In this document: piece by piece, positions 25,969-38,642 of the stretch | Layout of the letters: each line of letters opens with the position of its first letter | Numbering within the stretch: the stretch's first letter is position 1 | From: Antedon mediterranea | Lineage: Eukaryota; Animalia; Echinodermata | Assembly: GCF_964355755.1 (NCBI RefSeq) | Contig: NC_092673.1 | Location: forward strand, 19,527,648 to 19,591,647 | DNA: 64,000 bases | Reading direction: 5' to 3' | Made by a program: the position numbers and the translations under genes | The notes under the pieces: generated by a model | What the model was told of the DNA's origin: nothing | Seen by the model: only the letters and a program-made list of their open reading frames with translations | Database searches by the model: none

Positions 25969-26597
25969 TTAACTTGTTAGGTGTAATCATTCAAAATAAT
26001 TTAAAGTGGCAAAGCCATGTAGATAACATTTGTATTAAAGCTAACAAGAAAATGTTTATGATACGTAAGTTGAGAGAAGCAGGTCCTAATAGTAATGAAC
26101 TTATTTCTGTTTATAAAGGTTATTTGAGACCGGTGCTTGACTATGCAGCCCCTTTGTGGCATGCAGGTCTTGCGCAGGGACACGTGAATCAGGTGGAAAA
26201 GATTCAGAAGCGTGTCTGCAAAATTGTGTTGGGCAAAGAATATACAACATACACGGATTCTCTTGCCATTTTAAATCTTCAACCACTCCACACTAGAAGA
26301 TGGCACTCTTGCAAGGTTTTTGCCTCTAAAGCACACGCCTCTGGTCAATTCTCAACCTGGTTCCCTGCCCCTCAGTATAGATCCTGCATGACCCTTAGAC
26401 ATAATCGTAAAGTGGAAAACTATAGTTTCAAAACTAAACGCTTCCAAACTAGTCCTGTCCCTTTTATGGTTGAACTTTTGACGCCTCTGGTCAATTCTCC
26501 ACCTGGTTCCCTGCCCCTCAGTATAGATCCTGCATGACCCTTAGACATAATCGTAAAGTGGAAAACTATAGTTTCAAAACTAAACGCTTCCAAACTA

Positions 26598-28164
26598 ATG
26601 AAAACATTTCTTCTGGTTTCGATTCGTATAATAATATAAGTAGTTCTTTGATAGTAAACCAATAAAACTTACGTTGGCAAGACAGTTTCGTCTAGCTGTC
26701 AGCTTGACTTCTTCAGTTGCTATGATGCGTTATGGCGCCGACTGGTCTCCTTTCCAGCCACTAGATGATTTTGTTGTGTAGCCTAGGGGACCAGTCGTCG
26801 TCAGAAGCTGATCGTAAATGTGAGATAGTTGGTGCGCGCCTTCGTCTCTATTCATCTTTGTATTTTTATTTTGCTTTCTTATGCTGATGCTTTCTTTAAT
26901 TTTACGTTTAAGCCAAACTTGTTCTTTGTGTAGTACCTCTATCTTATCCCAGTTAGGTATGTGGTTGTGTGTGGTCGTATGGTCCGTGATTGCTGATTTA
27001 TGTAAAATAGAGGACGAAACTTTCCGTGATGCACGCGTCTGCATGTTCGTAGATGACATTATAACAATAATTCCCAAGGATGCGACACAACCATTATTAC
27101 AACACTTAAACAAAATCGATGATGACATTAATTTCACTTGCGAAGAAATGTCCTTAACAGACAACTCTATCCCATTCTTGGATACGCTAATTTTAGTTGA
27201 TGGGGAAGGCAACATCAACACTAAAGTTTTTAGGAAAGCCACCAACACAAATCAATACTTGGACTTTAACTCACATCATCCTCTACAACACAAGTTATCC
27301 GTTATCCGCACACTTCTACACAGATGTAACACGATAATCACAAATAATGCAGACAAACAGAACATAACTGAGATGATACATACTTCACTTAAACAATGTA
27401 ACTACCCTACATGGACGATTAGAAAGGTACAACGTAACCTAGATAAACAGACACACAACCCGAAACAGAAGACATAAGAGGGTCGATATCCATCCCATAT
27501 ATTCAAGGCCTGTCAGAGAAAATCAAGAGAACATTAAAAAAATATAACATACGAACATACTTTAAACCATCTAACAAAATTAAAAACTTAATCGTCCGAC
27601 CGAAAGATAAAGCATGCAAAGAGGATTCCTGTGGTGTTGTCTACAAAGTGGGGTGCACCAACTGTGAGATGGTGTACATTGGGGAAACGGGTAGGGCACT
27701 CAAAACCAGAATTAAAGAGCACAAGAAAGATGTTGAGGAAAACACACAGAACATGCAGACGCGTGCATCACGGAAAGTTTCGTCCTCCATTTTACATAAA
27801 TCAGCAATCACGGACCATACGACCACACACAACCACATACCTAACTGGGATAAGATAGAGGTACTACACAAAGAACAAGTTTGGCTTAAACGTAAAATTA
27901 AAGAAAGCATCAGCATAAGAAAGCAAAATAAAAATACAAAGATGAATAGAGACGAAGACGCGCACCAACTATCTCACATTTACGATCAGCTTCTGACGAC
28001 GACTGGTCCCCTAGACTACACAACAAAATCATCTAGTGGCTGGAAAGGAGACCAGTCGGCGCCATAACGCATCATAGCAACTGAAGAAGTCAAGCTGACA
28101 GCTAGACGAAACTGTCTTGCTAACGTAAGTTTTATTGGTTTACTATCAAAGAACTACTTATATT
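26598..28164 (+). mobile_element. Penelope-like retroelement, 5'-truncated at the RT FVDD motif, with inverted 5' copy of its 3' end
   Basis: FVDD...IPFLD...FRKATNTNQYL (27046-27477), frameshift, then GVVYKVGCTNC..YIGETGR (to 28067); 26598-~27047 is an inverted copy of ~27750-28164 plus a tail; 12-bp TSD GCTTCCAAACTA at 26586 and 28165. Confidence 0.92.
28075..28122 (+). ncRNA. Minimal type I hammerhead ribozyme in Penelope pseudo-LTR (inverted copy 26675-26722)
   Basis: TAGCAA-CTGAAGA-AGTCAAGCTGACAGCTAGAC-GAAAC-T-GTC-TTGCTA: canonical core, stem I TAGCAA/TTGCTA, GUC triplet. Confidence 0.8.
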
Positions 28165-28894
28165 GCTTCCAAACTAGTCCTGTCCCTTTTATTGTTGAAC
28201 TTTTGAACAAACTGTAACTTTTTTTTTTTTTTTTGCCTGTTTTTTTTAAACTAACTGCAGTCTAACTTATTCGTTTTTATATATTTATGTTTTGTTGATA
28301 GTGACTATTGTTTTAATATTTTTTATAGTGTAATACATATGCAATTCAGCCTTGTGCTGCCATGTATGTAATTTGTATGTGAATTTTGAATAAATATACC
28401 GATATATATAAATAACAAATAATTATTAATTAATAACCTGCTCCCTCCCTTACCTTTCAAACAAATGCTTTTGTAATAGTAATAGGCTAACAATCTCTAG
28501 ATCTGATCCATGGTAAGATATTCTATTTTGTTCTCATTTATCAATCATGTCAATTAGGATTATTGACCACATTATTTAGCAGTAATTCTTGCTATGGTTT
28601 GGGTTGACAAAAAAAAACCCAATTTCACATAATGTCTGTTGTCAGTATTATACACCAGTAACATTGCAAAAGAAGGTAATGTACAGGGATTTGCTAGTGT
28701 AATAGGCTAACATTCTATAGATATGCTGTGGTAAACCATTCTATTTTGTTCTACTCATTTATTAATAATGATAATTATGATTATTTATCACAATATTTAG
28801 CAGCAATTGTTGTTGTTTGTATTGACCAAAAACAAACAATTTCAAATAATGTCTGTTGTCAGTATTTATAAACTTCATTATGATTCCTTTCCAG

Positions 28895-29002
28895 GATGGT
28901 GACACTCCATTACATTCATATCTGAGGACAGGATATACATCTACCTTAGCAATAGTGACATGTTTCATTCAGCATGGGGCACCAGTGGCATTGCAAAATA
29001 AG
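28895..29002 (+). CDS. Roco gene ankyrin exon A (108 nt, phase 0-0)
   Basis: DGDTPLHSYLRTGYTSTLAIVTCFIQHGAPVALQNK; TTTCCAG / GTAAAT. Confidence 0.92.
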
Positions 29003-29226
29003 GTAAATGTACAGGGATTTGCTAGTGTAATAGGCTAACATTCTCTAGATATGCTGTAGTAATAAACCATTCTATTTTGTTCTACTCATTTATTAATAAT
29101 GATAATTATGATTATTTACCACAATATTTAGCAGCAATTGTTGTTGTTTGTATTGACAAAAAACAAACAATTTCACATAATGTCTGTTTTCAGTATAATA
29201 TAAACTTCATTATGATTCCTTTCCAG

Positions 29227-29334
29227 GATGGTAACACTCCATTACATTCATATCTGGGGAGAGGATATAGATCTACCTTAGAAATAGTGACGTGTCTCAT
29301 TCAGCATGGGGCACCAGTAGCATTGCAAAATAAG
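29227..29334 (+). CDS. Ankyrin exon B (108 nt, phase 0-0)
   Basis: DGNTPLHSYLGRGYRSTLEIVTCLIQHGAPVALQNK. Confidence 0.92.
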
Positions 29335-29554
29335 GTAAATGTACAGGGATTTGCTAGTGTAATAGGCTAACATTCTATAGATATGATGTGGTAAACCATT
29401 CTATTTTGTTCTACTCATTTATTAATAATGATAATTATGATTATTTATCACAATATTTAGCAGCAATTGTTGTTGTTTGTATTGACAAAAAACAAACAAT
29501 TTCACGTAATGTCTGTTGTCAGTATTTATAAACTTCATTATGATTCCTTTCCAG

Positions 29555-29662
29555 GATGGTAACACTCCATTACATTCATATCTGGGGAGCGGATATAGAT
29601 CTACCTTAGAAATAGTGACTTGTCTCATTCAGCATGGGACACCATTAGCATTGCAAAATAAG
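29555..29662 (+). CDS. Ankyrin exon C (108 nt, phase 0-0)
   Basis: DGNTPLHSYLGSGYRSTLEIVTCLIQHGTPLALQNK. Confidence 0.92.
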
Positions 29663-31007
29663 GTAAATGTACAGGGATTTGCTAGTGTAATAGGCTAACA
29701 TTGTATAGATCTGCTGAAGTAAACCATTCAATGAGAGAAAAAAGTAAGCCCATTAACAAAAATCAAATTTTATTAAAAGAAATCAAATTAAAATAATAAC
29801 TAAACAGTTATATATGATTTATGATAACTAAATCAAATAACATTTATCTTTTTTCTTAATGAACAAAAACAATCTACTTGTAATTTGTTATATTCAGGTG
29901 AATCAGTATAATTTTGTTTAAATACTTTTTACCATAAAATAAATATATATTGCTCAATATGTAGCTGTAAAGATAATAACAATTGAAAATGGTCTAATTA
30001 ATTATAAATATGAAATAAAATGTATGTTGACAAATAATAAAATAGCAAACAAAAATGTTTGTGTTATTGTTAACAAAATTAATAGAATCTGATTGTAATA
30101 AAAAAGAATTAGTTAGTGTTAATAACCTGCTCCCTCCCTTACCTTACAAAAAAATACTTCTGTCAGTATATCCAGCTAATTACAGTTTGAATATGGCCTT
30201 AAAGAGATCCTTTTCCAGCATTTTTTTTTGCAAACATTTTGCCACAAATGGAAGAGAAATGTAAATAATGTTTAGTTTATAGTGGTTTCCAAAATCTAAA
30301 AATGTTTGAGCAATGCAATTGGAAAAAGAAATTTAACATGAAATTATTCTTTTCAAACAGTGCCGTATCTTATCTTATGGCTTTTTGGAAAAAATGATTC
30401 TATAAAGTTGCCAGTTAAAATGTGATATACTAGTAAGTGCCCACAGATGGTTCTCGAATACATGAACTTTGGTAAATAACTGAATATTGTCTAAGTCGCA
30501 CTGTACACAAAGCAAATGAATACAGATATGTTGGAATTTATGTAGTCAAATATAATTGTCATCCTGAGAATTACCTTAATTTTGTTTATTACATGGTATT
30601 GTTCACCAAATTCCTGTCTTGGTACATTTTATTATGGGATGGTATCAGACTTCATGATATGATTTTCATTAAGGCAAATGGTTTAAACTAAATTTGTTAT
30701 CGTTAATATCTAACTTAGCTTAATTATGATATTGGTTTCATTGTGTGTTAAAAATCAGTACTGAAAGTATTTACCAACTTTTTCAGATTTTAATGATTAC
30801 TTACATTAAGTAATAGGCTAACAATCACTAGATCTGGTCCATGGTAATATATTATATTTTGTTTTCATTTATCAATAATGATAATTAGGATTTTATCACA
30901 TTATTTAGCAGTAATTGTTGTTGTTTGTATTTACAAAAAAAAAACCCAATTTCACATAATGTCTGTTGTCAGTATTTATAAACATCATGATTATGATTCC
31001 TTTCCAG

Positions 31008-31115
31008 GATGGTAACACTCTATTACATTTCTATCTGGGGAATGAATATACACCTACCTTAGAAATACTGACGTGTCTCATTCAGCATGGGACACCAGTA
31101 GCATTGCAAAATAAG
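31008..31115 (+). CDS. Ankyrin exon D (108 nt, phase 0-0)
   Basis: DGNTLLHFYLGNEYTPTLEILTCLIQHGTPVALQNK. Confidence 0.92.
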
Positions 31116-32553
31116 GTAATGTACAGGGATTTGCTAGTGTAATAAGCTAACATTATATAGATCTGCTGAAGTAAACCACTTAATGAGAGAAAAAAGTAAG
31201 CACATTAACAAAAATCAAATTTGATTAAAACAAACCAAATAAAAAAATAACTAAATAGTTTATGATTTATGATAACTGATTTAAAGTGTACAGCTACCTA
31301 TCATATAACATAAATCTTTAATTTTCTTAATGAACAAAAAAATCTATTTTTTAAATATATTCAGTTATTAATTAACAATTATTGACAACGGTCTAATTAA
31401 TTGTAAATATAAATAATATGCGACAACTACTAAACAACTAAAAATGTTTATGTTAAAAAAATTAATAGAATCTGATTTTAATAAAAAATTAATTAATAAT
31501 GTGCTCCTTCCCTTATCTTACAAAAAAAAATGCTTCTGTCAGTCTATCCAGCTAATTATGAAAATGGCCTTAAAGAAATCCTTTTCCAACCTAGGATCTT
31601 TTTGTGCAAACATTTTGCCACAAAAGGAAGAGAAATGTAAACAATGTTTTGTTAGTTTTCAAAATCTAAATTGTTTGAGTAATGCAATTTAAAAAAGAAA
31701 GGTAATATGAAATTATTCTTTTCAAACTGAATGCTTTTAAGAAAAGTTCCGTCTCTTATCTTATGATTTCTCGCTAAAATATAATATACTAGTAAGTGCT
31801 CACAGATGCTTCTTGAATACAAGAACTTTGGTAAATAACTGAAAATTGCACTGTACACATAGCAATACAGATATGATGGAATTTATGTAGTCAAATATAA
31901 TTGTCATCCTAAGAATTACCTTAATTTTGTTTATTGCATGGTATTGTTCACCAAATTCCTGTCTTAGTACATTTGATGATGGGATGGTACTGTATCAGGC
32001 TTCATGATATGATATGATTTTCATTGAGGCAAATGGTTTAAACTAAATTTGTTATCGTTAATATCTAACTTAACTTAATTATGATATTGGTTTCATTGGG
32101 TGTTAAAAATCAGTACTGAAAGTATGTACCAACTTTCTCTACCATTGAGTATAAATTCTAGAAGTTGCACTTAATTTACTGAAATTTCCCATTACCTAAA
32201 TTTATATATAAATTCATTTAACTGCTTATTGGTCTCATATTGTTAACATCTAAACATTTGTTTGTACAATTTTATGAAATATGTATTTTATTAATGTTCA
32301 AATTTTATGATTGATATTGTACAGTAAGTAGATTTTAATGATTACTTACATTAAGTAATAGGCTAACAATCACTAGATCTGATCCATGGTAATATATTAT
32401 ATTTTGTTTTCATTTATCAATAATGATAATTAGGATTTTATCACATTATTTAGCAGTAATTGTTGTTTGTACAATATTAACAAAAAAAAAACAATTTCAC
32501 ATAATGTCTGTTGTCAGTATTTATAAACATTCATGATTATGATTCCTTTCCAG

Positions 32554-32658
32554 TATGGTGACACTCCATTACATTTATATCTGAGGAGTACTGCACCTAC
32601 CTTAGAAATAGTGACGTGTCTTATTCAGCATGGGGCACCAGTAGCATTGCAAAATAAG
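32554..32658 (+). CDS. Ankyrin exon E (105 nt, phase 0-0)
   Basis: YGDTPLHLYLRSTAPTLEIVTCLIQHGAPVALQNK. Confidence 0.92.
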
Positions 32659-34091
32659 GTAATGTACAGGGATTTGCTAGTGTAATAAGCTAACATTCTA
32701 TAGATCTGCTGAAGTAAACCATTTAATGAGAGAAAAAAGTAAGCACATTAACAAAAATCAAATTTGATTAAAACAAACCAAATAAAAAAATAACTAAATA
32801 GTTATATATGATTTATTATAACTGATTTAAAGTGTACAGTTACCTATCATAAACATAAATCTTTAATTTTCTTAATGAACAAAAAAATCTATTTTTTTTA
32901 TATATTCAGTTATTAATTAACAATTATTGACAATGGTCTAATTAATTGTAAATATGAAATAAAATGCGACAACTACTAAACAACTAAAAATGTTTATGTT
33001 AAAAAAATTAATAGAATCTGATTTTAATAAAAAACGATTATTAATTAATAATGTGCTCTTTCCCTTATCTTACAAAAAAAATGCTTCTGTCAGTCTATCC
33101 AGCTAATTATGAAAATGGCCTTAAAGAAATCCTTTTCCAACCTAGGATCTTTTTGTGCAAACATTTTGCCACAAAAGGAAGAGAAATGTAAACAATGTTT
33201 TGTTAGTTTTCAAAATCTAAATTGTTTGAGTAATGCAATTTGAAAAAGAAAGGTAATATGAAATTATTCTTTTCAAACTGAATGCTTTTAAGAAAAGTTC
33301 CGTCTCTTATCTTATGACTTTTTTGGAAAAATGATTTCTCGCTAAAATATAATATACTAGTAAGTGCTCACAGATGCTTCTTGAATACAAGAACTTTGGT
33401 AAATAACTGAAAATTGCACTGTACACATAGCACTACAGATATGATGGAATTTATGTAGTCAAATATAATTGTCATCCTGAGAATTACCTTAATTTTGTTT
33501 ATTGCATGGTATTGTTCACCAAATTCCTGTCTTGGTACATTTGATGATGGGATGGTATCAGGCTTCATGATATGATATGATTTTCATCGGGGCAAATGGT
33601 TTAAACTAAATTTGTTATCGTTAATATCTAACTTAACTTAATTATGATATTGGTTTCATTGGGTGTTAAAAATCAGTACTGAAAGTATTTACCAACTTTC
33701 TCTACCATTGAGTATAAATTCTAGAAGTTGCACTTAATTTACTGAAATTTCCCATTACCTAAATTTATATGTAAATTCATTATACTGCTTATTGGCCTCA
33801 TATTTTTAACATCTAAACATTTGTTTGTACAATTTTATGAAATATGTATTTTATTAATGTTTACATTTTGTGATTGATATTGTACAGTAAGTAGATTTTA
33901 ATGATTACTTACATTAAGTAATAGGCTAACAATTACTAGATCTGATCCATGGTAATATATTATATTTGTTTTCATTTATCAATAGTTAACAATTAGGATT
34001 ATTTACCACATTATTTACAGCAGCAAAAAACAAACAATTCACATAATGTCTGTTGTCAGTATTTATAAACTTCATTATGATTCCTTTTCAG

Positions 34092-34196
34092 TCTGGTGAC
34101 ACTCCATTACATTCATATCTGAGGAGTGGATACGCTACCTTATCAATAGTGACGTGTCTCATTCAGCATGGGGCACCAGTAGAATTGCAAAATAAG
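34092..34196 (+). CDS. Ankyrin exon F (105 nt, phase 0-0)
   Basis: SGDTPLHSYLRSGYATLSIVTCLIQHGAPVELQNK. Confidence 0.92.
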
Positions 34197-36085
34197 GTAA
34201 ATGTACAGGGATTTGCTAGTGTAATAGGCTAACATTCTTTAGATCTGCTGAAGTAAACAATTCAATGAGAGAAAAAAGTAAGCACCTTAACAAAAATCAA
34301 ATTTGATGTAAACAAACCAAATAAAAAAATAACTAAATAGTTTATATGATTTATGATAACAAACAAATTTAAAGTATACAGTTACCTATCACATAACATA
34401 CATCTTTAATTTTCTTAATGAACAAAAAAATCTACTTTTTTTATATGTTCAGGTGAATCAGTATAATTTTGTTTACATATTTTTGACCGTAAAACAAATA
34501 TAAATTGCTCCTATGTAGCTGTAAAGATAGCAACGATTGACAATGGTCTAATTAATTGTAAATATGAAATAAAATGGAACAACTACATTGACTAATAATA
34601 AAACAACAAATAAAAAAATGTATGTTAAAAAAATTAATAGAATCTAATTTTAATAAAAAATAATTATTAATGAATAACCTGCTCCTTCCCTTACCTTACA
34701 AAAAAAATGCTTCTGTACATCTACCCAGCTAATTATGAACATGGCCTTTAAGAGATCCTTTTTTCATAATATGAAATTATTCTTTTCAAACAGTCCCGTA
34801 TCTTTTGTGGAAAAATGATTCTATAAGGTTGCTAGTTAAAATTGAATATACTAGTATTAAGTGCCCACAAATGGTTCTCGAATATATAAACTTTGAGAAA
34901 TAACTAAAAATTGTCCAAGTCACACTGTACACAAAGCAAATGAATACAGATATGATGGAATGTATGTATTCAAATATAATTGTCATCCTGAGAATTACCT
35001 TAATTTTGTTTATTACATGGTATTGTTCACCAAATTCCTGTCTTGGTACATTTGATGATGGGATGGTATCAGGCTTCATGATATGATATGATTTTCATCG
35101 GGGCAAATGGTTTAAATTAAATTTGTTATCGTTAATATCTAACTTAACTTAATTATGATATTGGTTTCATTGGGTGTTAAAAATCAGTATCGAAAGTATG
35201 TACCAACTTTCTCTACCATTGAGTATAAATTCTAGAAGTTGCACTTAATTTACTGAAATTTCCCTTTACCTAAATTTATATGTAAATTCATTTAACTGCT
35301 TATTGGCCTCATACATTACGCTTAACATCTAAACATTTGTTTGTACAATTTTATAAAATATGTATTAAATTTTTAATGTTCAAATTTTGTGATTGATATT
35401 GTACAGTAAGTAGATTTTAATGACACTATACTACATTTGATCCATGGTAAGATATTATATTTTGTTTTCATTTATCAATAGTCGACATTTATGATTATTT
35501 ACCACATTATTTAGCAGTAATTTTTTCTATGGTTTGGGTTGACAAAAAAAACCCAATTTCACATAATGTTTGTTGTCAGTATTATACACCAGCAACATTG
35601 CAAAGAAGGTAATGTACAGGGATTATACAGGGATATTTCATTTGTTTCTGGATAGTATCCAAATATTATTTGCTTTGAAAGTTTATAGTAAAACTATTTG
35701 TTGTTTTATATTATGGCTCAAACATTTTAACACATCTACCTACTGTTCCAAAGTAAACTTTTATTTAATTTATCTCTCTCTCTCTCAATGTTGAAGGCGG
35801 TAGACTATAAACGGCAGCGCTTAAGTTTCGGTTTGGATACAGGAGTTATAGGTGGCGCACTGTACAAGTTGATAGTAATTTCTATTCACGTCCTAATTTA
35901 CAACCAATGTTAAAAAATAGTAAATCTACGTGTTATCACATGATGCTCTTTCATCCAATCTCTAGATGGTAAATGTTTGAGCCATGACATAATACTGTAT
36001 GTATGTGATGCGTAATTAAAGTGTGTTATATTGTATATCAATAATTTCTCAAAACTACTAATAACTAAACCCATTTTTTTAATAG

Positions 36086-36170
36086 GATGGAAATACACTT
36101 GTCTCTCTTTTAGAAAGTAACAGGCGGATAGAGAGGGAAAGAAAAACTGAAATTTTAAACTTCTTAGAAG
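36086..36170 (+). CDS. Ankyrin C-capping exon
   Basis: DGNTLVSLLESNRRIERERKTEILNFLE; AATAG / GTAAGT; phase 0-1. Confidence 0.85.
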
Positions 36171-36889
36171 GTAAGTGAAGTTTTAATTATTGAAATTTTA
36201 GGATCAACTAGTTTCATTGCAAACGATAAAAATTTGACTTCTTGTTCCAAGTGAAGAAGAATGTCCAGATAAAGAAAATTAACATTTATGATATATCATT
36301 CACAGGTTTATTATAGATTAAATAATTCAGTGGGATAGTAGTATACATGGAAGTTGTGATATGTTGCAAGATGTAAATTATTTTGCTATTAATACGATAA
36401 AAATAACACAAAAACGCAAACTTTAAAATTCCTTTGAAATAAAAATATTAAATAAATCATTTTTCAAATCAAATCAATCTCTTTATTCAATACATCAAAA
36501 CAGTACACATAACAAAAATAAAGAGATTTTAATGATGATGATGATGATTTTAAGATGAAAGGGACCTTCAATAAACCTCAAGGGGCTTTTGATAGGAGGC
36601 TTTACTTTAAACTAGTTACAATAATCGGACGGGGGATATGCATTGTTAAGGAATATTTGAACTTTATTAATTGCACATAAATGTAAAATGTAGATTTTTT
36701 TTTTTTAATGTAATCTATTTTATATATAATGCTATGTACAATTGGTATTCGCATTCAAGGCAAACAATTTACGATAGGAGGAGATAAATATTGAATATAA
36801 AAATCTAATTTTCTTGTTAAATCCCAGTTTTTGTTTCCACAATGGATGAATTTCCTTCACACATTTTAAATAATAATTCGTCTTCTTCG

Positions 36890-37604
36890 AGGAGCTGAAT
36901 CACCGGATTTTCAGCGCGCCGTGCGTACCAGGTTACTACCGTAAATGATGGCGCTTAATTAAAAGTTCTTAGTAGATATAGCTCTATATCTATTAGCCTT
37001 AAAAGTTATCCCCTTAATAGATATAGCTCTATTACCTATTAAGCACCTACTAATAAGTAGATTTTAGGTAGAATTTAGATAGTTCCTAATAGGTTTTACC
37101 TCATTAGCATAATTCAAAACCCCCACTAATAGTGTTAGATAGATTTTTCACTATTTTCAATCTGTGAGTAACACAGTTGTATGCATCTATCTATTGTCTA
37201 CTATAATAGCAATACTAAGGGCTACCAGCAACCTATTAATAGACATAAACAAACGTATAATAGCCAGTAACTGTTAATAAGCTATCTATTTTATACAATA
37301 GATAGCTACGGACTACCAGATAGCTATTAGAAATCTATGAGTATCATATCTATCTATCTACTGTCTACTTATTATAGCTATACAAGACTACCAATGACCT
37401 ATCAATAGACTATAAAGAAACTGATAATAGCCAGTTAAATATTAATCAACTATCTATTTTATAGCTGGGAAGTAGTCGTTCCATCATTGATTCATTGAGT
37501 TAAAATCCTTAGTAGGCGAGATAAAAAGGTCTACTAAAAAACTACTAAAAATAGAGCTATTTCTACTTAAGTCTACTTAAATCTACAAATTTTTTTACTA
37601 TGGG
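36890..37604. mobile_element. CACTA/EnSpm-like DNA element remnant with internal TAGATATAGCTCTA-type repeats, lying between two ~125-bp direct repeats (~36748-36870 and ~37642-37766)
   Basis: Ends TTTTTTTACTATGGG|TA; left terminus not recognisable. Confidence 0.45.
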
Positions 37605-38549
37605 TAAAACCAATAGACAAATTCAAACTCCTCCTTCCCACATTCGCATTCGAGGCAAACAATTTACGATAGGAGGAGATAAATATTGAATATAAAAATA
37701 AAACATTTTCTTGTTAATCCCATTTTTTGTTTCCACAATGAATGAATTTTCTTCACACATTTTTAAGCAGCTAAAGAATACTATTTTTCTGTATGTAAAA
37801 TTAAGCATCATACATGTGTTATTCTAAACACCAAGTCCCACAAAGCATAACCAAGCTCTACCAAGTGTATAAAGAACAGTGCCCTTATTATAGGCCTTTA
37901 AAAATGCAATTCCAGGTCTATATTGGCAAAATTCAGCCCAAACCATGGTGGGCTCAAGTTCAAGTTATCTTTATTGTGTTTTCACACAGGTATAAAAACA
38001 AAATTGGTTACTGGTCACAGAATATAAATAAAAACATTTAAAAAGTTCAAGGCATATTAAAAACTTACGATAGGTGGTCAATAATTCCTACTGCCAAATT
38101 CTGAATCATACCAGTTATTCATTTTAGGATTACTTTATTTTCACTTTACACAGTGAAACCATCCTAATCAACCGTATGGTGCTAGAAATGATTTAGATTC
38201 AGGATCTCTGTCAAAAAATGTTGCATAACGCCTATATGTTTGGATGAGTTTGAGTTCCACACATTTTTTAGGACATAATTAATAACTGTAGTTGTTAACT
38301 GTATACATTTTAGTTTAAAAAAATACATTATTATTATAGTATATCCAGAATGAATGAGATTTACCATTTTCATGTACAGTCGATTGCTTGTACACAGTCA
38401 CCCACAAGCTTTTATATAACCTTATACCATTGAAAAAGTTTAAAGATACCATATGACAATTCAAGAGTTTTGCCAAGCTGTGACTTTTAATATAGTGTTT
38501 TTTATGAAAATATGTAATATGTAATATTTTTGTTTTGGTATTTTTTTAG

Positions 38550-38642
38550 ATTTACCAAGTACTGTTGATGAGCAATTTCAAACACAATTTCAGAAACCGA
38601 CAAATGACAAACAGATAACAAAACTTCGTAAGCCAGAGAGTG
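38550..38642 (+). CDS. Roco gene linker exon
   Basis: LPSTVDEQFQTQFQKPTNDKQITKLRKPES; phase 1-1. Confidence 0.8.

Larger units (their letters stand above)
25285..28410 (+). mobile_element. 5'-truncated CR1/L2-group LINE, interrupted by a Kolobok MITE and a Penelope element
   Basis: Frame LHISNHSLAVVQEV|NLLGVIIQNNLKWQSHV...RPVLDYAAPLW; internal tandem duplication ~26336-26480 / 26481-26597; 3' UTR CAATTCAGCCTTGTGCTGC and AATAAA near 28390. Confidence 0.85.
23533..35625 (+). repeat. Tandem segmental array of ankyrin exon+intron units (~1.45-1.55 kb and ~0.33 kb)
   Basis: Intron sequences recur nearly verbatim; exon starts at 28895, 29227, 29555, 31008, 32554, 34092 (spacings 332, 328, 1453, 1546, 1538). 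Confidence 0.93.

Noticed and set aside
26730-27477. ORFs that look like novel RT/endonuclease fusions
   Set aside because: Artefacts of reading across the Penelope inversion junction at ~27047
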